NCBI GenBank assembly: GCA_028023455.1
Contig: JAQFVV010000006.1
Coordinates: forward strand, 8,866,001 to 8,930,000
Length of the DNA stretch: 64,000 nucleotides
Source: Epiperipatus broadwayi
Lineage: Eukaryota > Animalia > Onychophora
Direction: 5' to 3'
The position numbers were made by a program, and so were the translations under genes. The notes beneath the pieces are model-generated. The model was not told where the DNA came from. It did no database searches and saw nothing but the letters and a program-made list of their open reading frames with translations. Positions 50,484 to 63,899 of this stretch are shown here, in pieces (the stretch's first letter is position 1; every line of letters begins with the position of its first letter).

Positions 50484-50950
50484 AACTCTAGGTTAGGAGT
50501 GGCTAACCTTTTTATAGTTCATCTGTCAATGTTTTCATTAGTCAAGATGCACTGTACAAACTTTTCGGTTCTTTTAAAATATGGTAATATGAGACCCGTG
50601 TAGCAGTTTTAAATAATATTTCATATAAAGACAAGATAAAAATTAATTACTTTAGACTTGAAATAGCTTTGCTTTTGTTAAGCTTAATGTTTGGACTTAA
50701 ATCAGTTATAGAAAGCATCAAACTGTTTTTCAAATTTGAATGTCAGTCACCAATGTAATTTGTTCTTAATCATTTTCATGGATGAAAATGTTTGTTTGTA
50801 TCTGTATCGTTGTTCCAGAATGTCTGCAGGGAGTGATCACCAGAAATTAATTATATCGGAAGCATCTGGGAGTGATGGAAATTCATGAAACCAGAAATCT
50901 TATCTTCAACTTAAAGAACTGTTAATAAAAATATATAGCTTTAAAAACAG
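50484..50950 (-). mobile_element. hAT (GTF2IRD2/SPIN-like) 3' remnant
   Basis: DIINFW*SLPAD..YKQTFSSMKMIKNKL resembles the hAT dimerization domain; TIR-like TAGGAGTGGCTAACCTTTTT at ~50484. Confidence 0.65.
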
Positions 50951-51339
50951 AATTGTTTGTATACGTAAAATCAGAAGTCCGTCGAACGTTATGACACAAG
51001 AGTCAGTAGTAAACTTACTGAGTAACTGACGACACATGTTAGCATTTACCGGTGCCTGTTACTTCAAGATCAAACAAGCATGATAACTGCACATTCTAGA
51101 ATTCGGTGGTAGATATGTTTATATATATATATATAAATCGTATAAGATTTTTATTAAAATTTTTTCTCTGGGGTTAGTATGCTATAGGCACATGCATCAT
51201 CAGTTGGCTATCCCTACTCTAGATATTTGATATCGACTCTTGGAGATTTTTTTAGTTTAAAACAAAGCAAATTCAAGATCACCAATAGCTACAGATTTCG
51301 TAAGACTGATAGTAGAGATATATTGTGAAAGAGAAACTT

Positions 51340-51960
51340 GCAATTCTGCCCCGATGATACTTCTCTTATTTTATCAATTTTGGATTTAAAAGTCTGAAGA
51401 TCTTATTAGTCCTGACAATAATAATTTGTTTAAAAGTTGCTTTTACAATCAACAAACTTGCGTAAAAAGGACTAGGCATTTTGGCTAGATGAAGATTTAT
51501 GGTAGTTGTATACATCGTGTAATGCGGCCGCTGGTGACACTGCAGTACCATCAACAACTGCCAAGTAGCCTGCAAGTGATAAATTTCTATCCAAAAGCTG
51601 CTTAAATTGACAAATTAAAATGCCTAAGGCAAAATAAATTGACAAATCCTTCTGAAATACAAAAAAAAAAAACCCAAGAAAACGATACGAAATTCGAATT
51701 ACAAAAACAGAAATCGATAAAAATTTGTTAAATGTGACCCCCCCCCCCAAATGAAGAATTCTATGCTGAAATGGACAAATTAAAATGCCTAAATCGAACA
51801 AATACAGATTTATTTTTCCATGGTTTTTCTTCACTTTCCTTTTCTAACATGATCCAGTTATTTAATAAGTTTGTCAGCCATTTTTCCTTATCTTTGCTAG
51901 ACAAATATTGGCTATAAAAAGCATGGCTGAATTGTTTTAACATGAAGTGAATTACTTTCA
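51340..51960 (-). mobile_element. PIF/Harbinger-like transposase remnant
   Basis: GYLAVVDGTAVSPAA..VYNYHKSSSSQNA*SF..FVDCKSNF resembles the GAIDGTH..Y.NRK..S.N.Q..VD DDE motif. Confidence 0.45.
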
Positions 51961-54504
51961 ATATCCTGAAGGATAAACTCTCACCAACTGTTAAGGGTTT
52001 ATTAAATCTATTATTCTGTTTAGAATATCAACTATATAGGTTCCAGTTAGTTTTCCTTAAATTTCATAGTGGTACAGAATAACTTCTGACTATAGAGATG
52101 TTCAATCCAAGAGCGATTAGATTAAAAAAAACGAACCTATATGGCTTTATTGCTCGGGAATTGATAAGAAGTTCGAATGCCAGACCTGTGTAAGCCAGAA
52201 TTGATCCTAAGATCTCCTGATCCCAAGTCAGACACTCTGAAAACGCAGAAATTTTTCCAATATCATCCGTACTGATGAAATTGTTGAACTGATATATAAA
52301 TCAGGGATTAATTTTTGTTCTCCATCTACCTGAATAGGATGTTCTTCATTCCTAGGCATCATAAAGTTGGTGCATAGTGTTTAAATCCACCGATTATAAA
52401 AGTTGACAAACTGCTTGATCCTCATTTGCATACTTCCAAAGGCTATTATGAAAATCCCTTTTAAATGCAGAAGATGAAGGAATATTGGAAAAGGAGGGTA
52501 GGATAGGTTTGTGTTAAGATATTTATAAATATTATGTATGTAAAAATTATCTTTCCAATAGACGATTACAATACTATATTTGCTTTACAAAATGGAGTCA
52601 AACAAAGATTGACATACCATATCTAAAATGCATTCTACCAAGAATCAATATAAATCTAGGAATTTTACAAAAATGCACATTATTAAAAGAAGGACCATCG
52701 TGTTGAACAATCAATTGGTAGACCCCCATTTTTAAATTTGAAATACACTCAATGTTAAATTGAAGTAATTTTAAGGTTTCAGAGATGAAAAGATCATTCT
52801 GTAAAGGAAATACTTCGTACTCAAGATATTCCATAGTTTCCCACATCATGTAATTGGTTTACATTTCAGAAACCTAGTTCCTTGTCCCTACAGCCCTGGC
52901 ATGGCTATCCCCCCAATATCATCACAGCTCACTTTAAACCTTACTGTGTGTTCTTAACCATGGTTCATCAAGATAAAGTGTTTCCATGTAGAGACAATTT
53001 GTTTCATGTACTAATGCATGATACTTGTACGGCAGATTGGATAAAGGTTGTCATTCTAATTTAGATAATAAACTAATAGAGGGTGCTTAAAAATGAACTT
53101 GTTCACATTAAAAACACTAATATGTAACATAATATTTTAATATTTGAATCTTAAAGTTGTCTTACTATGGATACTATTGGAAAATATTTCCCTGAGCAAT
53201 TTAGTTCTGTTGTGAAAGTAGGAGATTCAAAAGGTAAAGAGCCTAAGATTGATGTTCAAATAAGGTACAGAAAAATCTGTTTGACCAATCAAATAAAACT
53301 TTTACATGTAGCCCATCAATTTAGTACTTTATCTCTAGATAACCCTCGAAAGATGATATTTTGAAGGAAGCTTATAATTTTTTTCAGATTACGTATTATT
53401 TGAAGTCGCTAACATGTGTAATTGTTTCTTTTTTAATTTTTTTTTTGCTGAAATAGTGAGTTTTATTATTAAATAAATAATATATATATATTATTAAAAA
53501 AATGCTTTCATTTAATTTGAAAAGTCAATGCACTAATAAACACAAGAATATTTTTTTGATATTTAGTGAATTACTTCTCGAATTGAAGTATTTATTGTAA
53601 AATATTTTATATTATTTTTTACTTTTTAGTTATCAAATATTTCATAACAGACTTTTTGTAATTGTTCTTATTCAAATTTATATCTTAAAAATGTAAACAA
53701 CGTTACCGTATTTGTAATTTTTGAAATAACATTCACTTATGTTAAAAATTATACGCACAATTTTTTTTTGTTTACGAAGGTGTTTTTTAAAAAAGCAAGT
53801 TTTAGTAAAGCGATCGAAAAATTAAGATTCCAGCCTTCATTTTTCTTTCTACTTTATCTATAGACACTTTTTAGTAAATATTCAATGAAATTTTTTAAAA
53901 AAAAAAACAGTCTTGATAGAGCACACCACTGAAAACTTATTGGATTGATAACCTGCCTTTTGACATTCGGCCTGCCAACAATGTTAGACTGGTCAACCCT
54001 GAAATATTTCAGTGCCATAATGTATTATCATCAATACTTAACATGCATACAAAATTTGAAGAAAATCTATTTAATAGAAGTATATTAAAAATTAGTTACA
54101 AGATTTGACTCCGACAAATAGAATTCCCAAATTGAATAAAAGTTTTTAAAAACTGCTCCAACAACCAAGCAGTTTTTCTCCACACTCAACACATCCAAGT
54201 TTATCATCTTAATTTTTAACATAAAACTATAGTTCTCACAGCATTTAGTTCTATGCTTTTAGTTGTTTATATTCTATACCACTGACACCTTTCTGATGTA
54301 AATAAGAGAACACAATCTAAATCAGCGACTTATTAGAAATTTGATATCTATTATTAATATTAGAAATAATTCTAATTGCCATTATCTTAATACATAACCC
54401 ATAAAAGAATATAAAGGCATAATGTGAAGCATTGCAGGGTCCATATTTCATGATTCTGAGCCAATAAATTGCTCAATCTACTATATAAATGACTTTCCAT
54501 TTTC

Positions 54505-57480
54505 CTGAAGGTTCTTGATGATGATATTTTGGTTGTAGCTATATATTGGACTATTTCCATCATCTAATATAAATATTGAATGTCTAGAAAAATTTGAACT
54601 TTATTTACATATTCCACACAGGTTAGTATATGCATGTTTCGAGAGGGATTATTCTCCCCTCTTACAGGTATTACTGGCCTGACCAGTGACAGTACTAACA
54701 AGGGAATTGAATCTGCATCCTTAAATTCTTGAATTTTAAGGTAACGCTTTAACCAATTGAGCCATCCTGCCAAAAGTAACAGTCAGCAAAAATTTCATGT
54801 ATTTATCTATGTTGTTCCTCCTGATTTCTCCACTTTTTCCTAAGAGCAAAGTTGATTAATGGTTTCCATACATTATATAATCACATTGGATTGACTTATG
54901 GGATTGTTTGTCATTGTCATGTGAGCAGCTTCTTTAAATTTTCTTCTTTGTACCATTTCTTCTCTATCCGATATTTTTGTATTTTCCCCAATTAAACATA
55001 TGTACATTGGTATGGTCTGCTACCTTAGATACATGTTTTCTCTTTCGAATCGACACTTTGTTTTTGCAAGCACTTTACAATGGGATGACAAGCCTCACCA
55101 ATATGCATTTTCTACCTTCACATGGTATTTCATAGATGCAGTTTTTTCTTTTCAGCATTTCAAGTTTAGGCTTTGTAGATGTTAGAATTCCTCATAGTCT
55201 GGTATGGCTCTGAAAAGTGGTTTTGATGTTTTGTCTGTTATTTTTGGCATGTATGGGTACACTACAGTACCAATAATTGTTTTTTTTTTCTTTTGATGGT
55301 TTTGTTGTCTATTTAAGGTTTTCTTAATAACAGCTGATGGATAACCCTTTTTCATAAGAATTTGTTCTATATAAATCTTTTCTTTTTTCAAATTGCTGAT
55401 TTCTGAACAAACTTTTTTTGCTCTGTTCCATAGTGATAGAATAACTCCATGTTTTGGTATGACTGGACATATAAGTTAAGTATTTTCCTGTATGTATGGG
55501 TTTTCTGTAAACTGTAGTTTTGATTTTGCCATGAGGGAGTCTTGTCACAAGAACATATAAGAATGCCAATTTTTGTTCTTGTTCTGATTCTATTATGAAT
55601 TCAATTTAAGGGGATATGTTATTGATGTATTCCCAAGATTGTAGCAGTGCTTCACCATGTGGTCATACGACAAATGTATAATCTACGCAGTGAAGCCAAA
55701 CTTTACGTGGATATGGAGTAGCCTTTATGGCTGCGGTTCAGGGTCTTCCATGTAAATATTGCCAACCAAAGGTGATAATGGTGAGCCCATACCCATTCCT
55801 TGAATTTGTTGGAAGAATTGTGTATTATATTGAAAGTAGGTTGTTTTATGCAGAATGATAATAGTTATCTTATATTATCAATAGTTAGAGTTGTTCTGGT
55901 TTGTAAACTATTATACCATTTAACCTTTTCCTTACAACAGACAATGCTTCTTCACATGGTACATTTGAGAATAAACTTTCCATATCAAAACTTACCAGTA
56001 ACTCATTTTTTTAGTTTTCATGCTCTTGATTAATTCTATGAAATGTCTAGAATCCCTGACAAAGGACTGAGTCTTTTCTGCTAAAGGACTAAGAACTTTG
56101 ATAAGAAATCTTGATAAATTTTGGCAAGGTGAATTTCTAGAACAATAGGTCTTAATGGAACATGATCCTTATAAATTTTAGGTAGCCCATGCTGAAGTAT
56201 GTTTACTTTTTCTGAATCAGTGAAGTATCTGTGATGCTATCGGAATGCTTGCAACCGTGTTTCTGTACTCGGTATCAAACTTTTTGCCAGGTTCCTATAC
56301 TGGCTTGCTGTGAGTTCTTGTATTTTGTCATCATAATCAGTAATATTCATTACAACTATTGCATTGCCTTTGTCAGCAGAGAGAATAATTATAGATTCGT
56401 CTATTTGAGATTTAATTGCTTTTCTCTCACCATAGGATATGTTTGATTTCAATTTTTGTTGCTTGTCACGTGTTCTTTTTATTATCCAGCTTACGTAAGT
56501 CTGCTGCTTCTTCTAAAACCAATTTTTGATTGACTTCCTCGATAGCCACCATTATATCTATTAAAGGGATATTAGACGGTGTTATGGCAAAGTTAAGTCT
56601 TTTTCAAGAACAAAAATTTCAACATCTGTTAGATGTTTAGAACTGAGAATTTTAACAGATGTAAGCTGACACACTGCTTGATACATTATGATTTCTGATA
56701 TGCCCATGTAGGTTTGCAAGTTTTTCTTTTGGTTCTTTTATTTTGGCATATAATGCAGAATATGATTTTCTTATTGTTTGAGAAACTCTTATAAAGTCTT
56801 CATCAGTAAGTGTATTTTTTAGAAAACATTGTACATTATTAATGGAATGCAAAGTTTGATAGTTGAAAAATATTTGAGCATTTATTCTTTCACTTAACAG
56901 AGCTTCACTTGCTCTCCAAGTCATTTTCTCAGCTCTCTGGGAGTGAATTGGAGGCTTTAGTGGCAAACCTTTAGGAATTATCACTTCAGATTAGAAGAGA
57001 GAAAACAAATGTGTTTAAGGAAGCAGACCATGAATGTACCAATGAACATAGGTTTAAATTGGAAAATACAAAAATATTGAATAGAGAAGAAAAGGTATAA
57101 AGAAGCAAATTTAAAGAAGCTGCTCACATGACAATGGCGAACAACCCCACAAGTCAACCTAGTGTGACTATACATAATAAATGAAAATCACTAATCAACT
57201 TTGCTATTAGGCAAAAGGGAACAAATTAAGAGGAACCTCATAAATAAGTATATGAAATTTCTACTGACTTTTGCCTTTGGCAGGAAGGCTATTGGTTAGA
57301 TCACTGGTCAGGCCAGCAACACCTTAAAAAGAGGGGAGAATAATATCTCTCAAAACACTGCATATACTAACCTCTGTGATACTCACTAACAGTTGAATGT
57401 ATTTGAAATATTTAAGTAAAATTAAATTTTTCTAAAGACATTCAATACTTATATTAGCTGATGGAAATACTCCAATATAT
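54505..57480 (-). mobile_element. Near full-length decayed Penelope-like element with inverted 5' pLTR
   Basis: IIPKGLPLK, IIILSADKGNAIVVMN, TTVYRKPIHTGKYL, GYPSAVI, VVYPYMPKITD, GIY-YIG tail; ~500-bp inverted repeat at 54540-55040 and 56975-57480. Confidence 0.9.
54700..54771 (-). promoter_or_regulatory. tRNA-like (Pol III A/B-box) segment inside the PLE 3' repeat
   Basis: GGCAGGATGGCTCAATTGGTTAAAGCG...GCAGATTCAATTCCC; its 5' part is also present in the inverted copy (57278-57300). Confidence 0.5.
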
Positions 57481-59739
57481 AAACACAATTTTCCACTTTA
57501 GTTTAATGGCAAGTATTTCCATGGTCTTAAGTTTCCTGTGTGTTTAAAACATGATTGGCAAACTTTTCCAATTGCAAGCCAAATGTCCTTCTGTAAGGTC
57601 TGCGATAGGCCACATGTAAAAAAAAAAGATTTTACTTTCCAACACATGAGGTACTCATAACAAAGAAAGTACTGCAATCATGTTGAAAACCGATTTTCTA
57701 TTTTCAACAAGTTCTCGCAAAATAAAGCTTTTAAAATCCATTTCAGACAATTTCAGAATGACCTGCAGTGTATATATGTATGTGTGGGAGGGTATGCTAA
57801 TATATGGCTAAATTTTATTTCCACAATAACATAAGAAACAAAATTTTGCGATGAAATTTTACTGCCGTAATCTTTGTGAGTTAACTTGGATGCTTATTGT
57901 AGGGCATCATTACGTATTCATGGGAACTTCTGTTATTCGTTACCAAACATGCATTGCTTGTTTATATCATTGAAAATTTTTGTGGTAAAATTTAAAAATT
58001 GATATACTTGTGCCCGAACTGCACTAATTATTGTAGGCTGCACGTTGCACTCAACTCGTAATTTATTTACCTCTAAAATATGCCATTATCAATCTTCTAA
58101 ATAGTACTGACAATCTCGTGATGACTCAAAAATTATTCTACAAAAGATGCATTAGTTCTTATGGGCAGTACAACAAATTAAAAGCAAGATAATGATGTTC
58201 TGTAAATACGATCATTCAAAGATGACGTACTTTTATACAATAACGATTTATATTACTCTTTATCAAAATTTGCATTATGCAATAAAAAAAAGTGACTGAT
58301 TACTTACATAATTCTAGAACTGTCTGCAGTTATTTCATTGTAATGTATATATCTACATTTTAAAAATTATCTTTTTAATTCTTGTTTATGTATATTTCTG
58401 GCCACCCGATATAACAGTAAAATATGTCAGTTTGTTGCTACGGGTGAAAAAGATTTAATTTAATTAAAGGAGATTTTTTGCTTACGAGAAGAGATATGCT
58501 TCTTATCTTATTATTATTGTGAGATGGTTGTATTCATAAAAATCTTAAATATGTGTCTATCCCAATTTTTCAAGAATTATCTTTATTACTTACATAATTT
58601 TTTTTCTAATTTCTCTGTTGGTTCTCATACGCTAATATGGAACTTAATAACATTTTTTATGAATTTTCTCATTATAAATATAGCCACAGTTTCATCCTTT
58701 CTTTACTTTTATTAAAACTATTATCATAGTAATATGTCTAAAAGAGCTAAAACCCAGGCAATGATGAAGCCAAAATACAAATCATAATATTAAGTGGCCG
58801 AACACTTTCGAGAATGCCGACATGTACCACATGATAGATTTAAATCTTTGCCTTGTCTCCAGATTGCTCACTTTCTCATTAAATCATTAATTTTCTCTAC
58901 TTATATCTTAAATACCTTCTGCTTCAATAATTATCTAATTATGAGTTTTTTTAACATATTTTAAGGTTCTATAATATTTTGCCTTTTTTTCCTTATTATT
59001 TTTCTATCCTACTTCTTAACATATTATATGCCTGATATTCTATTGTGTATATTCAATTCAATTTTTGTGTAAATATATTTACAATTAGTCTTGTAATTAA
59101 CTAAAAGTTTATCATAAAATAGAAGCTTAATTTCCATGCAGATTCATTGGTTTCACATGTTGAAAAAATGCCACTAGAAAGTTATTCATTTATATGCAGA
59201 TGAAATTAAAAAATATCATGACCATAGCATATACATATTTTCAGGACCAGTTACGTGTGGTTTCTCCTTAAATGAAGTAATATGTTTCCGAATATAGATT
59301 ACGTGCCCAAAAACATTATTAGCCAAATTAAATATTTCCTCTGAACGAAACCCTTACAAATCACAATAAACATGCATTTCTTACTCATTATTTTTTCTTA
59401 TCTCTTTCATTTTCTTTACCTTTATATTCCTCTCATTCTCCGTGCAAGTTATCCTGATTCATTTTCAATGTTCTACACTCTATTTAACACGTTCTCTCCA
59501 TCTCTATAAACTACATCTACAATCCAAATCCTTATTTCATTTTTGGGACCTTTGAAGAGAGAATTAAGAAAAAAATTGATTAAGGTGCTTAAAGTTTATA
59601 TCTGGGCTAAAGATAACCTCTAGTTTAATAAAGTATTAAGGATAATCATTATTATATTAATCTAGAGTTGACTGTGTCAAAGTTATGAGCAGGATAAGTT
59701 TGATACTTCTAAATCAAAATACAATAAAGAGGTATATGT

Positions 59740-60050
59740 GGTTTCTATGAAAGTACTTTTGTGAAACGTAGAGTAAAAGTATTAGGAATAGACTGACGGC
59801 ACTTGAGATGAGTAGAAAAAAAATGGGAAAAATTAGTTGGATGAATAAAATGACAAGTGAGGAAGTTTTGAAAAAGGATATGAAAAAAAGGTTGATTGAG
59901 AAAAATTGGGTTGAACATATATTAAAAAGAAAGGATAGTTTAATGAAGAATGTTTTGGAGGGAATGGCGAATGAAATAACAACAACAACAAAAAAAAAAC
60001 TGAGAAGATTAACTTGCTGTATACAAGATGGGAAGAAATGAAGACCTGAT
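59740..60050 (+). mobile_element. RTE-type LINE 3' remnant
   Basis: KISWMNKMTSEEVLK..NWVEHILKRKDSLMKNVLEG. Confidence 0.7.
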
Positions 60051-60431
60051 CAATGAAGATAAGAGAATGGGAAAAATGGATGAATCAACTGTGTGGTAGT
60101 TTGTCTTTTCCACACACACCAGCAAACTTCTTTACTTCATTCATCTCACATTTACTCTCTTTTACATTATCTTGGAATTCAATTTAAACCTTCAATTAAT
60201 CATCCTTTACCAACCCTTCTATCAAAACGTCCATCGCAGCTACATCACCAGATTGTTCCCTCATTTATGTATTTCGATTTCTTGTTACTCCTAACATACA
60301 TCTCTCCATATTTCATTGAGCTGTCCAAAGTCTCTGTATTTCTGTTAAATATCCAAGTATTAGATCCATAATGAAGAACTGATAAAATACATCTATTAGA
60401 AATCTCCCTTTTCAAAGACATACGCATATTT

Positions 60432-60727
60432 AAATATCTCTGTCAGAAATCCCTCTCCCAAACCTCTGATCACGGTTTCTTGCTTTGGCACTCCTCAGAG
60501 AAGTGCCAGGGTAGGTTCAGACACTAGCTATCCTGGTACCTCTCAGAAGAGTGCCAAAGCATGAAACCATGGTCAGAGATTGGGGGGGAGGTTTCCTGAC
60601 AGATATTTTAAGTGCTGGCTCTGGCTAAGCATTTATTACAAAGCTTGTTGAGGAATTGGCAATCCTCATTGTTTATAACTTACAAGCTTAAGAGATAGGG
60701 TCATGTGATCTAGGACTTATTTTGACT
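60432..60727. mobile_element. Family B HHR element (inverted arm, forward arm, tail)
   Basis: Perfect 12-bp TSD atacgcatattt (60420-60431 and 60728-60739); HHRs on minus 60464-60500 and plus 60540-60579. Confidence 0.9.
60540..60579 (+). ncRNA. Family B hammerhead (U4A in this arm; core intact in the other arm)
   Basis: CUCU-CAGAAGA-GUGC CAAA GCAU-GAAA-CCAUGG-UC/AGAG; the minus arm has CUGAGGA...GAAA-CCGUGA-UC/AGAG. Confidence 0.7.
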
Positions 60728-63700
60728 ATACGCATATTTTCTTTTAATATTGTTATTTCTATCAAAAGCACTTCATCCAAGTTTAATTTTGTGATTAATT
60801 TCATCCATTATATTTCCATTTATGATTATCACTCTTTATAGTTTTCTTTTGAGAAAATCCATCTTACTTCAGACTTTTTAGCATTTATTTTTAGACATTT
60901 TCTTATCTTCATCTGATAACTCTTGAAAATATATATACAGTACGAGTAATTTAAGTTGTGATTTGATAATCTTTACTTTTCTAAATTTTACTCATGGCTT
61001 ATAAACCTATTCTTGTTATGGTTATTCTTAGTTTTATATATACAGTATGAGTAATTTAAGTTGTGATTTGATAATCTTTACTTTTCTAAATTTTACTCAT
61101 GGCTTATAAACCTATTCTTGTTATGGTTATTCTTAGTTTTATATCCTTTTAACAATCAGTATTGCTAGTTATTGTTATTTCCAATATACCAAATTTTCCA
61201 CATGGTGTAATCATATAATCATTTCAATTTTGATTTCCTTTTTTCCCATAATCATTTTCTACATTCATAAATAAACTAGTTCTTTGCTTTCTCGTTTAAC
61301 ATCTCTAATTCATTTTGGGATTTTTTAAAATTTTTCTCCACCATTAAGAATCACTTGTGCTGTGAAAACCAGAGGTTATTATAATTTCTCTAATTCAAAC
61401 CATCTTTTCTTCGTATCATTCCAACAAATGTCCTTATCCAGCCATTTAAAAAATTTTTTTCTAGGACTCTTATGAAATCTTGTGAGGAAATTTAAGATTT
61501 CAGTTGTTCATCTTAAAATGTCACCGATATCTATTTATTCGTGTTATATTTAGATAAAAATATATTTAGATAAAAATATTGCTTGTGTAACTGTAAATTC
61601 GCATAGGTTATAAAGCTAGGATTTATGACTCCAGAAAAAAGAAACTTAAATTTAGAAAGATAAGTTAAGAGCAATGGAAAAAAGATTGGTGAAAGATAAA
61701 ATGTGAATAATAAGGTAGTAAAGGTCTGATAGTTAAGTATAGAAAAAGATAATAATGTTTAATTAGAGCAGAAAGCTATTATAAAACTAATTAAACAAAA
61801 AACTAAAGAGGAAAGGTTAGTATAATTAATATCTGAAAGACTAATGACAGTTGAACAGAATGTGCATGCACACAAGTAAAAGCTTAATAAAAGACGTATG
61901 GCTGGCAGGAGATAGCACAAAGAAAATAGCTATTACTGTTTTAGAATATTAATATCAGATACTGAACAACAACGAAAGATATAGTGTGTGCTGAAAAGCG
62001 AGGGAGTTTTTTCTTACACTTCATAAATGGTGCTGCCTGCTGTTGTGGTAATGTTAAAAGCAAAGAACCAGAGAAAAAGCGGTTGGAAAAGTTGTAGTGA
62101 CTTTTATGCCACGAGGGATGTCATTCCAGAGACCAGGCCTCTGTAGGTGGCAATAGCCGGATAGGGAACTAAACAGACTGCACAGGGTCTTATTTTATTT
62201 TGTGTGCATCTGATAAGGCCCCACGAGAATTGTGCCGAGGACTGTGAGTATAAATGTTTCAATTATTCACTAACGGCTAAGAATAGTAGAGTTGGAGTTA
62301 GGTGAGTATCCGTGAGGAATGTTAGCATTTATGGAAGTAGAAACTAAAATCAAAGCCTTAATTGATCATGTTAGTAAATGCTGACCTTGGCGAAGAGATA
62401 TAGATGTATATAATTAATTGTTGGTCATTTGTCATTATTCATAGTTTTTCACTGAAGATATAACACAGAGAGCCAGAAAAGTAAGCTAGCACAGTTTGAC
62501 AAGCGTGTCTGCAAAGCTGAACAGTGACCAAAGCTGGTGTGGTCAACAATATGTATATAATGTTATGTATGCGAGAGGAAATAAATAGTGATTTTCTTTG
62601 AACTTAAGAGTATATTATTTTTTTTGGTAATTTTGTCGGCATTCATCTTTGTTATTGAATACATAATAATTTCCTTACCCATTTCAATTGTCATTTGTTA
62701 TCTGTATTGCTCTTCTATTCAAGGTCCATGATTTATAGCCCGTAAGATAGTGGACATTAAAAAAAAAACTGAACTGGATACAAACCAATGATAATTTTTT
62801 TTTGCGTAATTTTATTACATCCCATGATGCAAAATAAAGGATTGCAGAGTTCAAGGGCTCATAATAAGTGAAAAAAATCTGCTTGGCCAAGTGAATGGCA
62901 TTATTGCACTCAACCTGTCATTAGGATGGTCCAAACTTGCATCATCTATTGTGAGCAATTATATTACTACACTTTATCAACTAATCTTCAACATCTTAGA
63001 CAAATTAAATTGTATTAATTAAATAGTGATATCACAATGCCTGTTACTCCATTTATATACCATATAAAAATATATATATATAAACAAAATTAATTTTCCA
63101 ATCCACATAGCGATCACTTGATAGCTCACATCATGTGCTTTAATTTATAATAATTTAGTATCACTTAAACATTGTACCTTTTATATTTTAATTATCAGTT
63201 TTAATAATCTATTCCCAAAAAGCATACTGCAAGTGTGTGTGTGTGCAATTATCATATACATTAGTGCTAAAGGATATTAAAAAAATTGATATTGCTTTAA
63301 GTTTTTTCTTAACCCTCCTCATAAATGCTTCTTAAAATCAATTAGAATATTCACAAGCACACACACACACAAAGATAGTCTTTAGTGCTTTTTAATTCCT
63401 CAAGTTGACAGTAATATTTTTGTAGTTTAAGATCAAAAAAATTACTTTTAGCTCTCTCTTTTGTATAATTCATATTCTGCTGTTTATAATAGCCACAGTA
63501 AACTTTGATTTTTAATGTCTTCCTTAAGTCAGAGATATAGGAAAGCTTTATCTCTGAAATCACCATATACAAATTAGTGTTCAGGCACAATTTGTTTTGA
63601 TCTTACACGTGATACTAAAACAATTTTCAATATTATATATGTGTGTATGTACAATCTGTCTATTATTATTAATTATTAAAAATGTTTATTCTAGACTGAT

Positions 63701-63899
63701 TTTTAGGTTAAAATGTATTATAGGTAGATATATATTGTAATGTCTGTACTATTTTTGTATATGTTTGTGGGTACGTATTTATTTATAAAATAGAAAATCA
63801 TATATTAAAATACTAGCCAAAAAACAAAATTTTAGTAAAATTATCTCATGAACATTGTTTACCTATTAACAAATAGAACTTAAGTGAAATTTAATTATC

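Larger units (their letters stand above)
60050..61500 (-). mobile_element. RTE-type LINE remnant hosting the family B insertion and a 105-bp duplication
   Basis: SLKREISNRCILSVLHYGSNTW; similar to 29480-30060; 60931-61140 is 2 x 105 bp. Confidence 0.7.

Noticed and set aside
52600-53060. PiggyBac-like transposase traces (also ~6250-6450 and ~57500-58200)
   Set aside because: Only isolated 3-5 residue resemblances across frames; not supportable without a profile search.
62205-62250. CTGATAAGGCC...GCCGAGG as a hammerhead
   Set aside because: Too many core mismatches and no stem I or III.
62920-62965. Possible PIGL first exon (IIAH-x-DD on the minus strand)
   Set aside because: It reads IIAHNR*; there is no AHPDDE.MFF in a single frame. 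The first exon probably lies outside the window.
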